Below are positions 61,101-64,000 of a DNA stretch of 64,000 bases, piece by piece. The translations under genes and the position numbers were made by a program. This stretch comes from an uncultured Pedobacter sp. (GTDB taxonomy: Bacteria > Bacteroidota > Bacteroidia > Sphingobacteriales > Sphingobacteriaceae): positions 4,138-68,137 of the forward strand of contig CALLKE010000093.1 in assembly GCA_938008555.1 (NCBI GenBank). The letters run 5' to 3'. The notes beneath the pieces were generated by a model that made no database searches, was not told the origin of the DNA, and worked only from the letters and a program-made list of their open reading frames with translations. Each line of letters begins with the position of its first letter. The first letter of the stretch is position 1.

Positions 61101-64000
61101 CAAATGACAAACTGCCCGAAGCAACAGAAACATTTCGATAAACATTAATTGTTTGGCTTCCATAATTGGCAATCACTAAATCGGGGTTACCATCGCCATT
61201 AAAATCGCCTATAGATATGGTTTGGGGACTAGTTGTCGAAAAAGTACCATCATTCACAAAATCAATCGTCCCATTACTGGGGAAGGTCACCACAAAAGGT
61301 GCTGAAGAATATGCTGTTAAATTAGTACCTAAATTGGTAACTGATATATATTGATAATTAGCTCCATAAGGCACCCTCACGGTGAGTGTTGTACTGCCCA
61401 AAACCGATTGTACAGTGGCTGAAGTCGCCCCAAAAAACACCACATTATTACTTGCTGTGGTATTAAAACCGGTGCCTACGATCGTTACTGTTGTACTGAT
61501 AGGCCCACTGATTGGGCTAAAGGAGCTGATTGAAAATGGAGTTAATTGTATGTTGCGGAAGATAGATAAATTGCTAGTATTATTATTACAGCGAACAATA
61601 TCCAATAAGCCATCATTATTTAAATCAGCTAGACTAATGTTGTTACCTTGAGTGGTCCCATTTGTTCCCGCCAAATCGGCATATGAATTATAGCTGGTAA
61701 AAGTAATTGAGGTTGAAGAGATACCGCTAGTGGTATTTTTAAATACTGATACAACAGTGGCATTGTAAGCAGCAGATACTAGGTCGGGATTACCATCTCC
61801 ATTGATATCTCCTATAGCTACGCCTTCGGTATTAGTACCTGAAGGTTGAAGAAAAATTGATGTACCAAAACTATTCGAATTAATAGTGCCAGAGGTGGCT
61901 GTATTGGGTAATACAGATACATAAGCACCATTGCCATAATTATCTATAGCAATATCTAATTTCCCATCCCCATTGAAATCGCCCAAAGCCAGAGACCGAG
62001 AGTAATTATATGTTAAACTAGAAAAATTGACTGCACTAGCAAACGTAATGTTACCTGGTCCTGTAGTGGTATTGCGCATTGCATACACATTGTTAGAACT
62101 TGCATAGTTAGTTGTTACCAAATCGGGCTTACCATCTCCATCGATATCACCTACGGCTAATGCATAGGCACTACCACCTGTTGTGAAATTAGTTATAACT
62201 GTACTAAAGCTAATACTCGACGTAGAGACGTTGCGAAAAATAGATATGGCAGTGCTCCCATTTCCACCCATCACAATGTCTGGCTTACCGTCTGCATCCA
62301 AATCGCTAATGGCTACCGAATAAAAGTTAGTGGAAGAGCCCACAGGCGTAATAGCGCTAATAAAACTAATACTACCACCTACGCCAGACACATTTTTATA
62401 TACCAATAACTGATTGCTGGTAGCATTATTCAATGCCAAATCTGGCAAACCATCACCGTCTAAATCATCTGCTGCTAAAGCCTGAATATTCTGATTGGTG
62501 GTGGCCACTGTAATGGTTAAGGGCTGCGCAGTGAAACTAAGAGCTACACTTCCCGCAGCGGTTCTATTGGTTAGCAAGTATAATCCTGTAGTAGTGCCCA
62601 CTACAATATCGGGCTTACCATCATTATTAAAATCTTTAATTACATGTTGGTTAAAAGTGTTTGGAGTACTTGATCCTATTCCAAAATTTACTGCAGGTGC
62701 AAAATCATTAAAACTGCCAGTTGACGTTGGGTAAGTCACTACAAAAGGTAATGCAGAATAAGCTGTTTGCTTAGTACCTAAGTTAGTCACCGAGATATAT
62801 TGGTAATTCGCTCCATAAGGCACATTGACCGTGATACTACTACCACTTGCCGAAACTACTGTAGCACTCGTGGATCCAAAAAATACTGCATTGTTACTCG
62901 GAGTACTATTAAAACCAGATCCCGTGATCGTTACCGTAGTACTTATAGGACCTTGCTTCGGAGAAAAATTAAACACCCCAATCGGTGGAGCAACTTGAAC
63001 ATTAAGAAGAATGGAAAGGTTCCCCGAAGATTGATTACAACGAATAATATCCAAAAATCCATCGCCATTGAAATCGACCAACGATAATATATTACCAGTG
63101 CCACTACTGGTCCCAGCAGCACTGTAATCGTCCCGATCTAAAAAACTAGCACTCAACGTGCCCGTACTTGCATTTTTAAATACTGAGATGGTGGGGTTAT
63201 TATACGACGCTGTCACAACATCAACCTTACCGTCTCCATTAGTATCCCCCATGGCCAATCCTTGACCATTTTGACCTGTATATAACAACGTACGATTCGA
63301 TCCATTTACAAAACTATTGGAGTTAATCGTGCCTGATACAGAGCTATTCTGGTAAATCGATACCCCATAGCTGCTATTCTGGTTAGAGGTCGCAATGTCT
63401 AATTTTCCATCGCCATTAAAATCACCCAATGAGATGCCTCCATATGGATAGTAACCAGAGCTTGCTATATTGACTGGACTAGCAAATGTAATTATGGTCC
63501 CAGGACCAACGCTAGTATTACGGATCACATGTATGACGTAAGAATCATTACTATAGGCAGCACCAGTAACCAAATCGGGTTTGCCATCTCCATCCATATC
63601 GCCTATAACTAACGAATAAATACCACTAGCCAAGCTTGCTGCTACAGACATAGCCGAATTAAAACTCAGCAATCCATTTACACTGCTATTGCGGAATAGG
63701 CTTACTGTAGAACCTCCATCACCCCCCATTACAATATCAGGACGACCATCCCCATCGATATCACTAATAACTACCGAATAGTAATTCGCAACCCCCAAAG
63801 GAACGCTTGCACTAAAACTAATACTACCCCCGATCGAAATATTTTTGTATACATAGGTGGATGCAGCAGTTGTTGAGCATACAACTAAGTCGGGTTTGCC
63901 ATCTCCATCTAAGTCGTCGGCTGCCAATGAACGAATTGTGTTCGTGATCGATACAAACTGTATAGTAAAAGTGATCGAAGTGCTTAAAGACTGCGTCACA
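49138..64000 (-). CDS. giant cell-surface protein (>4953 aa, N-terminus beyond window) with T9SS type-B C-terminal domain
   Basis: The frame is open to the window edge. From the N-terminus: four blocks of FG-GAP/VCBS-type repeats (DLDGDGKPDLVV, GDFNGDGKLDIA), with three IPT/TIG-like domains between them (FSPxxGPISTTVTIxGxGF...ANYQYISVTNL). Next come two LamG-like modules (LWLRADxAxL...W.D.S...LNYNPVVSF) and dozens of ~95-aa Big_2-like domains (GSATVNxxTGxxTAxxxGTVT). Near the C-terminus are Calx-beta-like domains and a gliding-motility/CHU_C-type CTD (SDNGDGINDCLTISNIEKFPDNRVDIVDRYG...PSGTYYYVI). Confidence 0.85.
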   Translation of the reverse strand, partial: VTQSLSTSITFTIQFVSITNTIRSLAADDLDGDGKPDLVVCSTTAASTYVYKNISIGGSISFSASVPLGVANYYSVVISDIDGDGRPDIVMGGDGGSTVSLFRNSSVNGLLSFNSAMSVAASLASGIYSLVIGDMDGDGKPDLVTGAAYSNDSYVIHVIRNTSVGPGTIITFASPVNIASSGYYPYGGISLGDFNGDGKLDIATSNQNSSYGVSIYQNSSVSGTINSNSFVNGSNRTLLYTGQNGQGLAMGDTNGDGKVDVVTASYNNPTISVFKNASTGTLSASFLDRDDYSAAGTSSGTGNILSLVDFNGDGFLDIIRCNQSSGNLSILLNVQVAPPIGVFNFSPKQGPISTTVTITGSGFNSTPSNNAVFFGSTSATVVSASGSSITVNVPYGANYQYISVTNLGTKQTAYSALPFVVTYPTSTGSFNDFAPAVNFGIGSSTPNTFNQHVIKDFNNDGKPDIVVGTTTGLYLLTNRTAAGSVALSFTAQPLTITVATTNQNIQALAADDLDGDGLPDLALNNATSNQLLVYKNVSGVGGSISFISAITPVGSSTNFYSVAISDLDADGKPDIVMGGNGSTAISIFRNVSTSSISFSTVITNFTTGGSAYALAVGDIDGDGKPDLVTTNYASSNNVYAMRNTTTGPGNITFASAVNFSSLTYNYSRSLALGDFNGDGKLDIAIDNYGNGAYVSVLPNTATSGTINSNSFGTSIFLQPSGTNTEGVAIGDINGDGNPDLVSAAYNATVVSVFKNTTSGISSTSITFTSYNSYADLAGTNGTTQGNNISLADLNNDGLLDIVRCNNNTSNLSIFRNIQLTPFSISSFSPISGPISTTVTIVGTGFNTTASNNVVFFGATSATVQSVLGSTTLTVRVPYGANYQYISVTNLGTNLTAYSSAPFVVTFPSNGTIDFVNDGTFSTTSPQTISIGDFNGDGNPDLVIANYGSQTINVYRNVSVASGSLSFVLASSVILAPSSGYIYPKSVSIGDFDGDGMLDLVVSRNYYDGSSYFNKNLFTFRNTTAVGSNSISFSTGPMLITSGYPWDMVVADFDGDGRLDIMSGNSTSSNNQLSTFRNLSVSGTLSFDTEKLITVGTNPYSMAVGDLDKDGKADLVVVNYSSNTVSILRNVSSLGAISFAVAMTTNAVLSNPIGVVIGDFDSDSKLDIAVSDQSNQRIAFFLNTGSQSGTINFPTSPSLTFTTGGSPYDNLSIADFDGDGKIDVAVANQNGVNTLLVLKNTSSPGNLSFLNRTTYATGVNPNYLVAGDMNADGKPDIAVSNYSSSSVSLFRNITIPSLPIITSLSPTIGPLGQQVTIIGQNFSATPINNIVFFGATSATVQLGSTSASLIVNVPAGTNYQYISVTNLDNNLTGYFSRPFVVTNSLGTDNSFKPKQPLSSGMGASNSRYVSMKDLDGDGKPDLVVSNSDNTVTVFKNNTAVSNTTISFGGPITFGATTGAASTSISLGDIDGDGLADLAIVNSLSNTVTLYRNISSGSPSFTLQTSLTTGTTPVAVQLVDIDKDGRADVVVVNSGSGNLSIFRSQQPISGAWSFASSTVGVGTNPSALATSDLDKDGDQDIVVANAGSNNVSVLRNTSTQGIIALGLSATLNSGAGPRGIVLADLNGDGFLDIATANSSANTISVFLNTNAATGTISFTSNTDFSTGLGNVGPLALAAGDIDGNGKVDLVIANQLSNTIAILNNTTTSTLSMTLIADISGGSTTGGTSLAVGDINGDSLTDIVATTSGLSNNVGVFIQFIHLSQSLTITSITASVGTGLALAIVRSVSPVSASNTLTYAITSSVGGGSATIDNLGNLTGISVGNITVTVSALGDGQYKSANTSQLITIVKGTPTLHIASPHVMVVGGTMALTVTSTAFNGGGGAVSYTISNGFGGTAGAATVTGAQLTAQIVGQVLLMTTSAGDSNYYSASATQTISIFLAPGAVGSGMTLWLRADDASLSQTAQGLVTQWSDDSRSITVTTNQATPTLGASSGISTTIGLNYNPVVSFGGVTGSDLQGMGTFSFSASNTIIVVAQSTGSAASSAIFTTVDGSGNDGPGLMNNVGNGAPYDSFGIEGANYSVAGQGAPRLMTSPSILIGNYTSTTVNAGFTYLNGAPLASSGTNNITTGMNRFEVGGHIIQTSSTTRVFKGIIAEVIYYNRGISTGELNRTQSYLSIKYGIPLNPSAVSNYLASDGSVIWSGVSNAAYSNTIIGIGRDDNSGLSQYQSSSSLGNDILTLGVGSITTSNVLNASTNPGVFAVDRSFLLVGNNAISSGVTNTTDLPTNPSTPLPMRMRMGRVWIAQVTGTIGAQSLQFNLAGALSSSTGVSYQTADLCLLIDRGNTGSFTNSISGTGSTGGVFTGATQVGASSSTVYQFSGIALNTGDRFAVGLLKKLQTLAFPQNNYALVVGQTSTITATVGLQTASAPVVYSVSATIGGGSATVNSNTGLLTALGPGAIYLVASSTATADYVSATTNTLITIGASTPVLSLSPTLSPGVLTVDHTAIITASSNPSTSTTGQTITYSLTSAVGGGSATINAFTGQLTATGVGTITFTATAAANSNYNQAVTNSTIVIGNSTPTLTLIASASMAVGDSQQALTSTSALLPGGGGAVSFLVSTVGSGSATVNAAGLVAALASGTVTLSATSAGDSNYNAATTSTLITITAGSQIVTINNIPAGGFNTIVDQSIAIRATNSIVSGGGTITYSVASAAGGGSATINASTGQLTATGAGAITFTATAAANANYNQASSSTLVIIGKSTPTLSFSNINLSMTVGSTQQSMTSTTAMSSSGGMVTFSLNTTGSGSATISATGFITATGAGTVTLTAMAAGDSNYYSAITSTLLTINAGGQTLTITSANTLAVGTSLTASATTTASSSSGGTFSYAIVGGSGSATVNPVTGLITGIQVGTVTLSVASTGDSNYVAASVSQGLTITIGSQSLGIVGGPLSVSVGNTISISTTRSVLVSQGGALSYTVSAGSGSATIDPVLGTLTGVQVGTVNVMVTALGNPSYYASISTTQSVSITISTQTLAINNQPISLTVGSTLPISVTRSVLAALGGGLTYSLVPNSLSASIDASGNLTGIHIGTVTLTITALGNTNYYLPVSSTVVATINQGTQSLIFTSSANLVLNGSMTVALTRTNANMSYLPQAAGGALTYSVTSLNGGGSATVDPNTGLITGVSVGFVTLQANAAGDADYFPSQTSQAISIFYSPGAVGTGGSDMQLWLRADNAVLNSGGQVTEWDDQSQSISVTANQAQATASASIVNNAAMLNYNPVVSFDGTQSLSGVANFNFASSGTIIAVARNTLSGVSTGSLLSTGGGTGPGIDASSSAFTIHGIGGSGASVDKGSGALMLIGTYANTRTTSGSMLSANGVLGSAGGSFGISNTASIFQIAPGFTSDIAEMVYYNRGISALEQQRLLSYLAIKYGLQIDPSLLLDYLASDGTPVWTNASHSGYTSTILGLGADAISGLNQKQSGGQVLTLSLGSNLAASNASNTGIFTSDKSFLLVGNNGLSSSLTNTSDLPSNPGTNAPIRMRMGQVYMAQNTNHVGAVTLQFNLAGALSSSTGVPYQSSELCLLIDRGNTGSFSNCTIVNGSLTVSAVQVGGSTSTIYQFAGIMLNSDDRFTVGLLKKAQSLTFAQSIYSTSVGAITTITAVNSASVGSASVVYSLSSAGAGSVTLNASTGQLTATLAGTVTLTATAQANADYVGATTSTTVVIGKGTPTLSISSTTLAMTVGSTATLSSLSIPPLLGGVSSTGAISYSVVSGGSSVLLNSLSGGLTAIQSDQVVLQVNQAADTNYNAPLAASLTITIGPSTPSLALSTTTGLSSTVVGGIISITATSVPSPPGGTVASTGVITFTVSSIGGGSATINASSGQLTALASGQVLVQANQGLDVNYYASYPGMLTITIGAGSQTLTLTSSTNNFNTTVGSSLTVTGSSNVTGGGAITYSIVSGSGSATVNSNTGFITAIGAGTVTILSMSQGNANYNAASVSQTLFIGKGTPTLSFSNTLTATSVGNNIVITAISTAPGILPSTGGISYSLLSSGSMSASIDATGGTLTGTQSGQVVVQAIQGGDANYNAPLPITLTISIGKGTPTLSISSTTLSLAVGTTATVSAQSTPPLVGGISSTGMISYSIIGGSGSATLNVFTGQLTATASGNIIVQAIQGSDVNYNEPLSVSLSITIGAGVQTLSLTSSTGNYATVVGTSLTVTGSSNVTGGGAITYSIVSGSGSATVNSNTGFITAIGAGTVSLVASISGNANYFGASITQVITIGKGSQTLSISPSTSAMFAGTSLQLIASTSAGIRGGLISYSILGGSGSATVNESTGLIIGMEAGTVTFVASISGDTDYNSSSTSRTITINRGSQALTITSPLSTFVGGVLIASASSTASASSGGTISYTLLGGSGSATIDSNSGLLRGYQAGTLLLLASISGDSNYNSAFSTQVITIGKGTPTLLLSVSSTLMSVGDSMPVSVTNQAPAGGITHTGSISYQIISGGGNATIDQQGMITALNSGIIVVQVSGSGDANYNAPLASTLSITINPGAQTLTINSINMMSINGSIVATATTSAGVGRGGTISFSLSPITGTATLDANNNITAIQEGAVLLTANISGDPNYVSATTSQTITIVSLELVSLSSSFREGDQAHMTLSLSPIGIVLPSDVVFTLSGSEASVGHYRLPLSVTLAAGTNSVDILVNALTDTILFNSEPLEVSASNIYLGAVSSMIEIMDTTGDNPANRVITIGNETIFLDGTVSVDLRLPNGITVLSPLTVSLSMGSSSDVSQLLGPPLIGPMVVVIPGGGNSGSFSVTASNSGTQPSQIIIDGSVTGTSISFTVNSGIVTVLDQKVNIVAALSDNGDGINDCLTISNIEKFPDNRVDIVDRYGVTIYSIEHYDNMGNNFCGVSNVGLSYHVPSGTYYYVIRLIDKRTDPNNTKEEKYYKFFEVRNSNN
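51240..51366 (-). repeat. exact intragenic direct repeat, copy 1
   Basis: A 126-127-nt stretch (CACTGTACCTGCTCCTATAGCC...GCTGCTACCTGTTACTGT) is identical to 52068-52194. Confidence 0.9.
52068..52194 (-). repeat. exact intragenic direct repeat, copy 2
   Basis: Identical to 51240-51366 with an 828-nt (276-codon) offset. It encodes TVTGSSNVTGGGAITYSIVSGSGSATVNSNTGFITAIGAGTV in both places. Confidence 0.9.

Noticed and set aside
49319-63087. Many plus-strand ORFs (60-114 aa) inside the giant adhesin gene
   Set aside because: They are antisense to a continuous open frame of ~14.9 kb with strong domain signatures. The T/S/G/A-rich coding strand leaves its antisense stop-poor.
1-64000. Search for CRISPR arrays, rRNA genes, transposases, integrases, phage genes or toxin-antitoxin pairs
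   Set aside because: No regularly spaced short repeats, no rRNA-like sequence, and no ORF with recombinase, transposase or phage hallmarks was seen. The 21-35 kb locus therefore cannot be called a mobile element.

Overview
This is a low-GC window, apparently from a Bacteroidota chromosome. That inference rests on a GldB-like gliding lipoprotein, T9SS-type C-terminal sorting domains, TAnnTTTG-like promoter boxes and Bacteroidota-style lipoproteins. About two thirds is ordinary core genome. It holds an MBL hydrolase (partial), tRNA-Leu(GAG), fbaA, accD, valS, tilS, pnuC, lnt, an S8 peptidase, nadE, a gldB-like gene and pyruvate carboxylase. It also holds an efflux operon ordered TolC-adaptor-RND-RND. 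I saw no rRNA, CRISPR array, transposase or integrase. Three parts deserve attention. (1) At 21.3-35.2 kb every gene is on the minus strand. Six small lipoprotein genes there are built as cassettes: a conserved promoter/5' UTR, a near-identical signal peptide plus about 20 further residues, a hypervariable low-complexity core with in-frame micro- and minisatellites, a short conserved C-terminal tail, and a shared family of perfect hairpin terminators. These cassettes are interleaved with decayed cassette remnants, an 1819-aa T9SS-type repeat protein and two mosaic 511/513-aa paralogs carrying the same unclassified ~105-aa repeat. I do not recognise this family, and it is my best candidate for an undescribed surface-variation system. 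(2) The two tandem RND permease genes have near-identical transmembrane cores but divergent periplasmic domains. A 275-bp spacer between them contains an isolated GC-rich ~87-nt element flanked by imperfect direct repeats. (3) A surface protein of more than 4953 aa is truncated by the window edge. It combines FG-GAP/VCBS propellers, IPT/TIG domains, LamG-like modules, dozens of Big_2-like domains and a type-B T9SS CTD, and has exact intragenic DNA repeats. All functional calls come from motif and family recognition by eye; no database search was run.
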